Source: an uncultured Candidatus Saccharibacteria bacterium (lineage in GTDB: Bacteria; Patescibacteriota; Doudnabacteria; UBA920). Taken from it: DNA of 64,000 nucleotides. The position numbers were made by a program, and so were the translations under genes. The DNA is taken from assembly GCA_964556325.1 (NCBI GenBank), contig CAZKVS010000001.1:67133-131132 (forward strand). Reading direction: 5' to 3'. The stretch's first letter is position 1. Each line of letters begins with the position of its first letter. The notes below the pieces were generated by a model. That model had not been told where the DNA came from. It did not search any database and saw only the letters and a list, made by a program, of their open reading frames with translations. Below are positions 56,951 to 64,000 of this stretch, in pieces.

Positions 56951-57367
56951 ATGAAAAACATGCACAGTGGAGTAGGGTTTTTATTGCAGCTCGCAAAAGT
57001 AAATGCGGTCTTTACCCGTAAGCTGGACGCGCGACTTGGCGGTATAGGTTTTACGGAGTTTGTACTTATGTACCACATAAGCCAAGCCGAAGGTGGTCGC
57101 ATGCGCCGTACCGACTTGGCCGAAAAGTTGGGTTTAACAGCGTCGGGCGTCACTCGGCTGCTCTTGCCTATGGAAAAAATTGGTTTGGTTAAGCGCGAGG
57201 CGGACAAAAACGACGCACGGGTGAGTTACGTGACTCTTGGTGCCGGCGGCAAACAAAAATTGGCTGAAGGCATGGAACGCGCAGAACTTTTTGTGGAGGA
57301 TGTGATGCCTACGGGTAAATTAAAAAAGTTAGAAGACTTGACTCAGTTACTTGCAGAAATTGTTTAA
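56951..57367 (+). CDS. MarR family transcriptional regulator
   Basis: DLAEKLGLTASGVTRLL..MEKIGLVKR..DAR..V.L..G. Confidence 0.88.
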   Translation: MKNMHSGVGFLLQLAKVNAVFTRKLDARLGGIGFTEFVLMYHISQAEGGRMRRTDLAEKLGLTASGVTRLLLPMEKIGLVKREADKNDARVSYVTLGAGGKQKLAEGMERAELFVEDVMPTGKLKKLEDLTQLLAEIV

Positions 57368-57408
57368 ACAGTGATGCATGGAGAAAGCCATCCAAGAAGG
57401 GTGGCTTT

Positions 57409-58143
57409 TTAAGTTAGCTTGCTAAAAAGTAGTTTATATATCTGTCTTTGAAATTGCGCGAATTTAGGACTTTCAATTAAGCTTGCGGTTTCTGTGTCGT
57501 AGTCAATTATTGCCACGTAGTCTCCATAAATTATATTGGTAATATTGTATTCAAAGGAGTCATAACTTCGCGGGATGGCTTTGGAATAACGCTCAATCCT
57601 GTTTCTGCGCTTTTTTTGAGTTGCTTCATTGGTTATAACAAATTTTTGCATGTCCCAGTTCGGCCCGGCGGCCCGGCGCCAGTATGATTTAGAGTAGTAC
57701 TTTTTGTGTTTTGTGTAATCGGCTGATGATTCGTACCGATACAATGTCTCACCTTTTTTGGTGTGGCTGACTAAATAGTCAAACACATACGCAATACCAT
57801 CCCGACCCTGGAAGTAGCGAATGGCAGGCTTCTTGCTTGCATGTTCAAACTGGTGTTGAAGTACTGGCAGTCGTTCCTGAAATTCAGCTTGGAGCTCTTC
57901 AAGTACCGCCTGTAAATTGGATGGGTTTTCAGCTGTATAGATTGTGCGTTTGCCTAGTTTGCTTTCGGAAATTAAGTTTTTTTCCAAGAGCAGGGGAAGT
58001 TGGCGATAGAGTAGCGGGCGGTAGAGTCCGGTCGCTTTGGCTAAGCCTGCTAGGGTGGTGGGCCCGCCTTTGAGGAGTATCTGATATATAGTCTCCGCTT
58101 GTGCCGGAAGCCCGAGTTTGGCGAAGAGGGAAATCTTTTTCAT
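57409..58143 (-). CDS. TrmB family transcriptional regulator
   Basis: N-terminal wHTH (LAKATGLYRPLLYR.L..L), IRYFQG.DG, IYGD.VAII. Confidence 0.8.
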   Translation of the reverse strand: MKKISLFAKLGLPAQAETIYQILLKGGPTTLAGLAKATGLYRPLLYRQLPLLLEKNLISESKLGKRTIYTAENPSNLQAVLEELQAEFQERLPVLQHQFEHASKKPAIRYFQGRDGIAYVFDYLVSHTKKGETLYRYESSADYTKHKKYYSKSYWRRAAGPNWDMQKFVITNEATQKKRRNRIERYSKAIPRSYDSFEYNITNIIYGDYVAIIDYDTETASLIESPKFAQFQRQIYKLLFSKLT

Positions 58144-58331
58144 AGTTTTAAGTGTATTACAAGTAGTACACTTTTTATCTTACCTAGAAGCCCTAAAACA
58201 AACAAGTGTTAGGAAATTATAGTCTATATGTTACAAACCTTACCATTTGGAAAGCACTTTTTGCATTGTCTATAGTACGGTATAAGTAGCACAAGATAAG
58301 CAGAACATTCACAATTTTTTAGGGGGTTACC

Positions 58332-58610
58332 ATGACGGGAGTAAAGATTCTTGAAGCGGTTGAGACTTATGAGCAGTTATTTGCGGAACGGGGTATGCAG
58401 CGCGTTAAAGTGTCACATGATATGGTGCCGCAAAATGCCGGCGAGCAATTGGGACATGCATATGCCATGCTGCCGCAATTACGAGAATTTGTAGCTGAAG
58501 GTAGACTGGAAAAAGCTTTTAGGTGGCTTGGGTTTATCCAAGGTGTACTCTGGGCGAACGGTGTGTTCGTCTTGGAAGACCTCAAGAACCATAATCGGCC
58601 GGTTTCTTAA
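58332..58610 (+). CDS. Hypothetical protein
   Basis: KAFRWLGFIQGVLW...LKNHNRP; AGGGGG RBS. Confidence 0.7.
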   Translation: MTGVKILEAVETYEQLFAERGMQRVKVSHDMVPQNAGEQLGHAYAMLPQLREFVAEGRLEKAFRWLGFIQGVLWANGVFVLEDLKNHNRPVS

Positions 58611-58748
58611 TCCCAGATCAAAGAATGTCTAGTTACACATACTCGACATTCTTTTGGGCGACCACTTTTTTTATATGTGATGGTGTATTGATTTATTCGT
58701 GTTTTCCTAGTATCCTTATGCGGCTTTACATCACTTTTCAAGGAGGCT

Positions 58749-59507
58749 TTGAAAGACATGGGACTGGTAGCATCTGTCCGTCCTAAAGCGAGTGTCACTA
58801 TGGCAGTGTTTGTACTGGCCGGCATGCACTTTTCCCGTCAACCTATTTCTTGGTTTGTGGTTTGCATGGTGTTGTTCATCGCTATGTTTGCGATGAGCTG
58901 GAATGACCTTTATGATCGGGCGGCAGACCGGCAAAAAGGAAAAATGTATGCATGGGAACATCCCAAACGACTGACCGCATTGGTTTCAGTTCTAGCCGTC
59001 ATTTCGTTCTCAATGACACTATTTGCGTTTACTCTCAGGACAGGGTTCGGATGTCTTGGCGTGGCTATATGGTTTAGCTCGGCCATATATCCATTTTTGC
59101 AAACCCGACCATGCATAAAGAATGTGACTGTTGCGCTTACCGTTGGGGCAACTGTCCTTTTCCCACTGTGTGTACAATTTTCTGCTGCTCAGTGGTTACT
59201 GTTTTGTTCCTTATGTTTATTGACGTCTGCTCGAGAGTTTTTGGGAGATGTTGATGGCGTGCGTGTTGAACAGTTCTACAAACGAACTGCCGCGATGGTA
59301 TGGGGTGTTCCTCGCTCCAAGAACGTTGCAGCAACGTTACTCATTGCATCATCGTTGGTGGCCTTTTTGTGGCCAGCCTTTTTGCTCGCCGCTATTCCGA
59401 CTCTTGTAGGAGCAGTTCTGCTCCTTGTTAACAAGAACTATGCTGTGGCTCGGTTGTTGTTAGAGCTTTCCCTGGTAGGTTGGGGAGTGGCGGCCTATAT
59501 GTCTTAA
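58749..59507 (+). CDS. UbiA prenyltransferase family membrane protein
   Basis: NDLYDRAAD Asp-rich motif; REFLGDVDG second motif; multiple TM segments. Confidence 0.7.
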   Translation: MKDMGLVASVRPKASVTMAVFVLAGMHFSRQPISWFVVCMVLFIAMFAMSWNDLYDRAADRQKGKMYAWEHPKRLTALVSVLAVISFSMTLFAFTLRTGFGCLGVAIWFSSAIYPFLQTRPCIKNVTVALTVGATVLFPLCVQFSAAQWLLFCSLCLLTSAREFLGDVDGVRVEQFYKRTAAMVWGVPRSKNVAATLLIASSLVAFLWPAFLLAAIPTLVGAVLLLVNKNYAVARLLLELSLVGWGVAAYMS

Positions 59508-59512
59508 ACAAA

Positions 59513-59547
59513 AAGCGCCAGGTTTCTGAATAGAAACCTGGCGCTTT
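59513..59547. terminator. Bidirectional terminator hairpin
   Basis: aagcgccaggtttct-gaat-agaaacctggcgctt. Confidence 0.65.
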
Positions 59548-59553
59548 GACGAT

Positions 59554-59928
59554 TTACACACTTAGTAGCTTTATTAAGTTGGCGTGCAGAGCAGCTACGG
59601 CTTCGTCTTTTTTGAGTGCTTCGGTGTAGTTAGTGCCAAAGGCGCCGTTGCCGCCGCCGGTGGTAGTGAGGGTGGTTTTGGTGTATTTGGCTATTTGGTT
59701 TATCTCGGCTTCGGTTTTGGCTTCCTTACTCTCTAAGAGTTCGTCCATGCTTATAACTAGAGCACTTAGGGTTTTGAGCCAGGCAAAAGACTCATCGTTC
59801 ACCACTAGCTGGTAGTAGTGGTTGGGGTTTTGAATGGGGCCAACGGTGGACTCATATGTGCGTTTTTGGTACTCCATCAGTGCCTTATGAAGCAGTAGAA
59901 GCTGCTCTCGAATTTCGCTTAAGTTCAT
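59554..59928 (-). CDS. Hypothetical helical protein
   Basis: LL.LHKAL..YE...F.WL..LSALV..MDE. Confidence 0.65.
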   Translation of the reverse strand: MNLSEIREQLLLLHKALMEYQKRTYESTVGPIQNPNHYYQLVVNDESFAWLKTLSALVISMDELLESKEAKTEAEINQIAKYTKTTLTTTGGGNGAFGTNYTEALKKDEAVAALHANLIKLLSV

Positions 59929-60050
59929 AAATTTTACAACAATTGAACAATGTAACAATGAAACAATAGAACATTAGTATACCAAAATTAAGAAAAGAAC
60001 GTGATATAATACCCGTGCTTTGTTAAGTAGGCTCTAATTTCTTTTTCCGT

Positions 60051-60887
60051 ATGGCTGAATATTATAAAAGTTATAAACCCCGGACTTTTGACCCGGCGAG
60101 CAAAGAAGCCTTTAAAGTCTCCAGGAGTAAGATTGATTTTTTTGTAGATTGTCCGCGCTGTTTTTACATGGAAGCCCGACACGGGGTCAAACGGCCTAGC
60201 ATGCCTTCGTTTACACTCAATCTTGCCGTGGATGCTTTGCTTAAAAAAGAGTTTGATGTACATCGAACAAAAGGCAGTGCTCATCCTCTCATGGAAAAGT
60301 ATGGGTTGGACCTTGTGCCATTTAAGCATGTGCAAATGGACGAGTGGCGAGAGAACTTTGTGGGCGTGCGGACTTTACACCAGCCTACCAATTTGCTGGT
60401 GTTTGGAGCGGTAGATGACATTTGGGTGAGTAAAATGGGGGAGCTATTTGTGGTGGACTATAAAGCTACTAGCAAAGACACTGCCGTAACTGAGTTGGAG
60501 AACACAAAATGGCACGACCAGTATCGTCGGCAAATGGAGGTCTACCAGTGGTTGCTCCGTCAAAATGGTTTTACTGTTTCCAACACTGGTTATTTTGTAT
60601 ACGTAAACGGCAGGAAGGACTTAGCTGCCTTTGATGGCAAGCTTGAGTTTGAAGTTAATCTTATTTCGTACACGGGTAGTGACGCGTGGGTAGAGCAAAC
60701 ACTTTCGCGCATGAAAACGTGTTTATTGGGCGAGTTGCCGAGTATAAGCGACACCTGCGAATTTTGTGTGTATCGTAAATCTGCTCAGGGTTTTGAGGTT
60801 ACGGAGCAAAAGGCTAAAGTACCGGTGCAAGTGGCTAAAGCTGCTAAGAAAGTCCGTGCCACACCCATTGGCGAGCCGTTGTTTTAA
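60051..60887 (+). CDS. PD-(D/E)XK nuclease family protein (Cas4/AddB-like)
   Basis: SRSKI...CPRCFY, GAVDD, VDYKAT, QMEVY, CEFC. Confidence 0.82.
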   Translation: MAEYYKSYKPRTFDPASKEAFKVSRSKIDFFVDCPRCFYMEARHGVKRPSMPSFTLNLAVDALLKKEFDVHRTKGSAHPLMEKYGLDLVPFKHVQMDEWRENFVGVRTLHQPTNLLVFGAVDDIWVSKMGELFVVDYKATSKDTAVTELENTKWHDQYRRQMEVYQWLLRQNGFTVSNTGYFVYVNGRKDLAAFDGKLEFEVNLISYTGSDAWVEQTLSRMKTCLLGELPSISDTCEFCVYRKSAQGFEVTEQKAKVPVQVAKAAKKVRATPIGEPLF

Positions 60888-60974
60888 TGTATAAGCCCGC
60901 ACATCGCACGCGTTGCCTTTTAAGCCGAAAAAACCTATACTAAAGTATAGGTTTTGTCTTTAAAATAGATACAT

Positions 60975-62135
60975 ATGCGGAGAATTATAGTTAGTATGTT
61001 AGGGCTTATGGGGGTGGGTCTTATGTTGTTGCCTTCAGTGAGTTTGGCAGCGGAGTTTGTAAAACCCTCAGACGATTCGGGCAACTTGGTTTTAAGTACC
61101 ACGGAAACACATAAGAACTTGTACACTGCGGGTGGAAATGTAACCGTGAATAGCGAAACAAAAGGCGATTTGTACGTAGCTGGCGGAGTTATTACCATAG
61201 ACGGTGCAGTGGAACAAGATGCTGTAATTGCCGGTGGTACGGTATTTGTAAACAGCAAAGTAGGTGGCGATGTTCGCGTGGCCGGTGGTACGGTTACTGT
61301 AAACGCAGATATTGCCGGTGATGTAGTGGCAGCCGGTGGCACACTCGTTATAAGCGAACGAGCTAAAATTGGTGGAGACTTAATCATGGCCGGTGGTACG
61401 GTAACACTCAGTGCGCCGGTAGCCGGTAAAGTGTGGGCAACAGGTGGCCAAGTGACAGTAGATAGCACAGTCGCTGGTGCAGTCACTATTAAGTCCGCTC
61501 GCATGGTGACTTTTGGCTCCCGTGCAAATGTGGCTGGTTCAGTTACCGTGACTGGCGAGCAAGAACCTGTGGTTCGTGACGGTGCCAAAGTGGGTACCAT
61601 TAACTACACCAAGTCCATGGAAAGTGCCACGGCTGGACAAGTTGCTCGCGTGTTGGTGCTTGGTAGCTTGGTCTGGGTGTTGGCCTCTATAGTTACTGCT
61701 TTGGTGTTTGCATGGTTGGCTCCTCGCCGAGTAGAAAACTTTGTGGCTGCTGTACAACGGAAGTTTTGGGTTAACGCTGCTATTGGGTTAGCTGCTTTAG
61801 TGGTTACGCCTGTCGTAATAATTGCTTTACTCTTCTTACTTGTGGGTTACCAGCTCGCTCTGCTGTTGCTAGTGGGGTATATATTTGCCTTAAGCATAGC
61901 CTGGGTTCTCGCTGTATTATGGACCGGTGTGCAAACCTATCATCTCATACAAAGGAAGGCCGCGGTGCCTATGGGCTGGCAAGTAGCGGTGCTAGGTGGT
62001 GTCATTTTCACCCTTGTTCGCTTTATTCCAGTAGTCGGCATGCTATTCTGTTTTGTAGTACTTATGGCTAGCTTTGGCGGGTTATTGGTCCAGGCAAAAC
62101 AGAGCTTAATTGAGCGACACAGCGAAGAAAAATAA
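60975..62135 (+). CDS. Bactofilin-like beta-helix repeat membrane protein
   Basis: Signal peptide; repeated AGGxVxVxxxVxGDV; C-terminal TM bundle. Confidence 0.75.
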   Translation: MRRIIVSMLGLMGVGLMLLPSVSLAAEFVKPSDDSGNLVLSTTETHKNLYTAGGNVTVNSETKGDLYVAGGVITIDGAVEQDAVIAGGTVFVNSKVGGDVRVAGGTVTVNADIAGDVVAAGGTLVISERAKIGGDLIMAGGTVTLSAPVAGKVWATGGQVTVDSTVAGAVTIKSARMVTFGSRANVAGSVTVTGEQEPVVRDGAKVGTINYTKSMESATAGQVARVLVLGSLVWVLASIVTALVFAWLAPRRVENFVAAVQRKFWVNAAIGLAALVVTPVVIIALLFLLVGYQLALLLLVGYIFALSIAWVLAVLWTGVQTYHLIQRKAAVPMGWQVAVLGGVIFTLVRFIPVVGMLFCFVVLMASFGGLLVQAKQSLIERHSEEK

Positions 62136-62145
62136 TTAATTTCCT

Positions 62146-62241
62146 CGGATGCACGGATAACACGGATTGCGCAGATTATGGAGCAGTGCCTTTCGTATTC
62201 TGTATTGCAATCTGTGATATCCGTGTAATCCGTAATCTGTG
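62146..62241. repeat. Inverted 9-mer repeat hairpin (CGGAT / ATCCG units) upstream of ybaB
   Basis: cggatgca cggataaca cggattgcg cagatt ... aatctgtga tatccgtgt aatccgt aatctgtg. Confidence 0.8.
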
Positions 62242-62246
62242 AACAT

Positions 62247-62525
62247 ATGGGTATTTTAGACAAACTAAAAGACGTAAATGAAATGCGCAAGCAAGCCAAG
62301 CAAATAGAGCTGCTTCTTGGGCAGGTAGATGTAACTGGTAAGTCCTCCGGTGGTAAAATAATCATTACCATGGACGGAAACCAGGTCGTAAAAAGTGTAC
62401 AAGTGGACGACTCTATAGTAGGAGACAGGGGAGAAATAGCGCGTAACATTCGGGCCGCTTTAGACGATTTATTTAAAGAGCACAAGAAAGTGTTGCAGTC
62501 CAAGTTTGGTAGTATGATGCAATAG
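62247..62525 (+). CDS. ybaB: Nucleoid-associated protein YbaB/EbfC
   Basis: VTGKSSGGKIIITMDGNQ.V.SV.VD. Confidence 0.8.
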   Translation: MGILDKLKDVNEMRKQAKQIELLLGQVDVTGKSSGGKIIITMDGNQVVKSVQVDDSIVGDRGEIARNIRAALDDLFKEHKKVLQSKFGSMMQ

Positions 62526-62532
62526 TCGCAAA

Positions 62533-62627
62533 GAAATTTCCAATTTCTAATTACTAATTTCTAATGTGAAGTACAAAAACCTTATTGTATTCATAATTAG
62601 AAATTAGATATTAGGCATTAGATATTT
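62533..62627. repeat. Inverted heptamer-repeat hairpin (TCTAAT / ATTAGA)
   Basis: tttccaa tttctaa ttactaa tttctaa ... attagaa attagat attaggc attagat. Confidence 0.85.
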
Positions 62628-62641
62628 GAGTCAAAACTAAA

Positions 62642-63508
62642 ATGAGAACATATCTAAAAATACTTTTTGCTGGTATTACCACACTGCTGTTACCGTCGCA
62701 GGTTTTTGCCTTAACTATTTACGACTTGCAACCTCGGGTGGAAGCGGCTTCGGTTACAGCCAAGTCTGTTGTGGTACTTAATCAAACTAACGGAGAAGTA
62801 TTATATGAGCTGGGTGGGGGAGATGTTCGCACGCCGGCTAGCTTGGTAAAACTTACTACTGTATTGGTCGCACTTGATGTAATTCCAGATTGGAACGCAA
62901 CCTGTACCGTTGGCATTGCCGACCGTGTGGGTGGAGTTCAAATAACTAAGGCAGACCAGGCTATAACATATACTCTGAACAGCATGCTCCGTGCAGTGCT
63001 TATTCCTTCGGCAAACGACGCTGCAACTGCGCTTGCTCGGTGTACGGGACTTTCGCATGCAGGCTTTTTAGCGCGCATGCAAAGTAAGGCCATGCAGCTT
63101 GGCGCAACACAAACTGCGTTTGCAGACACCTCCGGCATATCAGGTGCAAATAAAACCACGGCGCTGGACATGGCCCATATAGCCAACGCAGCATTTAGCA
63201 CGGAGATTGTCCGAAGTATAACTCGACTCTCCAGCTACCGTCTATGCAGTGTGCAAAAGCAGTGCCAAACGCTGGCCAATACTAACCAGTTGTTGAAAGA
63301 TAAAGATTTAACCACAATAGCAGGTAAAACAGGGACACTCGATGGCGCATATAACTTTGCGGGTAGCTTTCGCGATGTCCACGGCCATTATTTTGTAGTA
63401 GTAGTACTTGGTGGTACGACTAAGGATGCCCGTTTTGCTGAAGCTAAAAAGCTAGTCAGTTTTGCCTCCGTTCGTGCTGACTGGTCTGACCAGTTTGTTG
63501 TAAGATAG
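62642..63508 (+). CDS. D-alanyl-D-alanine carboxypeptidase (peptidase S11)
   Basis: PASLVK (SxxK), SAN, GKTG; signal peptide. Confidence 0.85.
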   Translation: MRTYLKILFAGITTLLLPSQVFALTIYDLQPRVEAASVTAKSVVVLNQTNGEVLYELGGGDVRTPASLVKLTTVLVALDVIPDWNATCTVGIADRVGGVQITKADQAITYTLNSMLRAVLIPSANDAATALARCTGLSHAGFLARMQSKAMQLGATQTAFADTSGISGANKTTALDMAHIANAAFSTEIVRSITRLSSYRLCSVQKQCQTLANTNQLLKDKDLTTIAGKTGTLDGAYNFAGSFRDVHGHYFVVVVLGGTTKDARFAEAKKLVSFASVRADWSDQFVVR

Positions 63509-63577
63509 ATGCTGATATACGCAGATTGCGACGCGGATAAACGCGGAGTGTTTCGGTTGCTCTTCAGTAACCTCCTT

Positions 63578-63640
63578 TGTCATTCCGGACGCTACAAGTC
63601 CCGATGCCGCATCGGGATGCGGGCGATCCGGAATCCATCT
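63578..63640. repeat. GTCATTCCG...GGAATCC REP-like half element with a nested 19-nt palindrome
   Basis: tgtcattccgga...tcccgatgccgcatcggga...tccggaatccat. Confidence 0.75.
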
Positions 63641-63648
63641 TTATTTAT

Positions 63649-64000
63649 ATGCGAAAGAATATTTTACAGGTCGAAATAAATATACCTGCAGGAAAAGTGT
63701 TTGATTTTACTTTAAACCCAGAGAATACTCCACTTTGGGTTGATAGTATTTTGCACGAAGAAATTGACACGTCCATCCCTCAACTGGGTACGCATTATAG
63801 AAATAAGTCTAGGAGCGGGGTGTGGAATGAGTACGAAGTTACGGAATTTGTGTCCCAAAAAACTTTTACATTTAAGCAGCTAGGTAGCTCTTATGCGGTT
63901 CGATATGATTTTGAGATTGTATCTGATAGTGTGACTAAGCTTACGTACACTGAATGGATGGAGGCGGGGGACCTGGAATCTCCTTTTGATACCCTTCCCC
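63649..64000 (+). CDS. SRPBCC family protein (3' partial)
   Basis: Hand translation MRKNILQVEINIPAGKVFDFTLNPENTPLWVDSI..., open to the window end. Confidence 0.7.
   Translation, partial: MRKNILQVEINIPAGKVFDFTLNPENTPLWVDSILHEEIDTSIPQLGTHYRNKSRSGVWNEYEVTEFVSQKTFTFKQLGSSYAVRYDFEIVSDSVTKLTYTEWMEAGDLESPFDTLP

Noticed and set aside
60051-60887. Cas4-like nuclease as evidence of a CRISPR-Cas system
   Set aside because: There is no repeat-spacer array or other cas gene in the window, and solo PD-(D/E)XK nucleases are common.
60935-61600. 221-aa antisense ORF, and other long shadow ORFs such as 47802..48386 and 61940..62503
   Set aside because: They lie antisense to well-supported genes, reflect codon or repeat bias, and carry no recognisable motifs.

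Overview
Bacterial chromosome segment, genetic code 11. It is most consistent with a Patescibacteria/CPR (Parcubacteria-like) genome. This is an inference from the short mraZ-rsmH-ftsL-ftsI cluster, the many stand-alone receiver domains, the pilin-type genes and the weak Shine-Dalgarno use at core genes. Core-like blocks at about 1-19 kb and 60-64 kb (rnhA, mreB, dinB, HK/RR, trmH, purB, dcw genes, ybaB, dac) flank a large accessory region at about 19-60 kb centred on tRNA-Gln(CUG). The most notable non-routine signals are: (1) a family of intergenic inverted 7-9-mer tandem-repeat hairpins at core-gene junctions, one of which encloses a four-helix-bundle gene while a same-motif copy is empty; (2) one intact tRNA-Gln plus three palindrome-interrupted tRNA-Gln derivatives, a GIY-YIG gene starting at a T-arm, and an 18-bp anti-acceptor inverted repeat; (3) a stand-alone ~165-nt structured ncRNA gene with promoter and terminator; (4) a type IV pilus/T2SS-like operon embedded with a ferredoxin-reductase-PAS-PAS histidine kinase fusion and a Com-like zinc-ribbon-PAS protein; (5) an unannotated 50-aa basic sORF inside a heavily structured ~570-nt transcript; (6) a palindromic element inserted in-frame in dinB. 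All calls come from reading the sequence and the ORF track by eye; no searches or folding programs were run.
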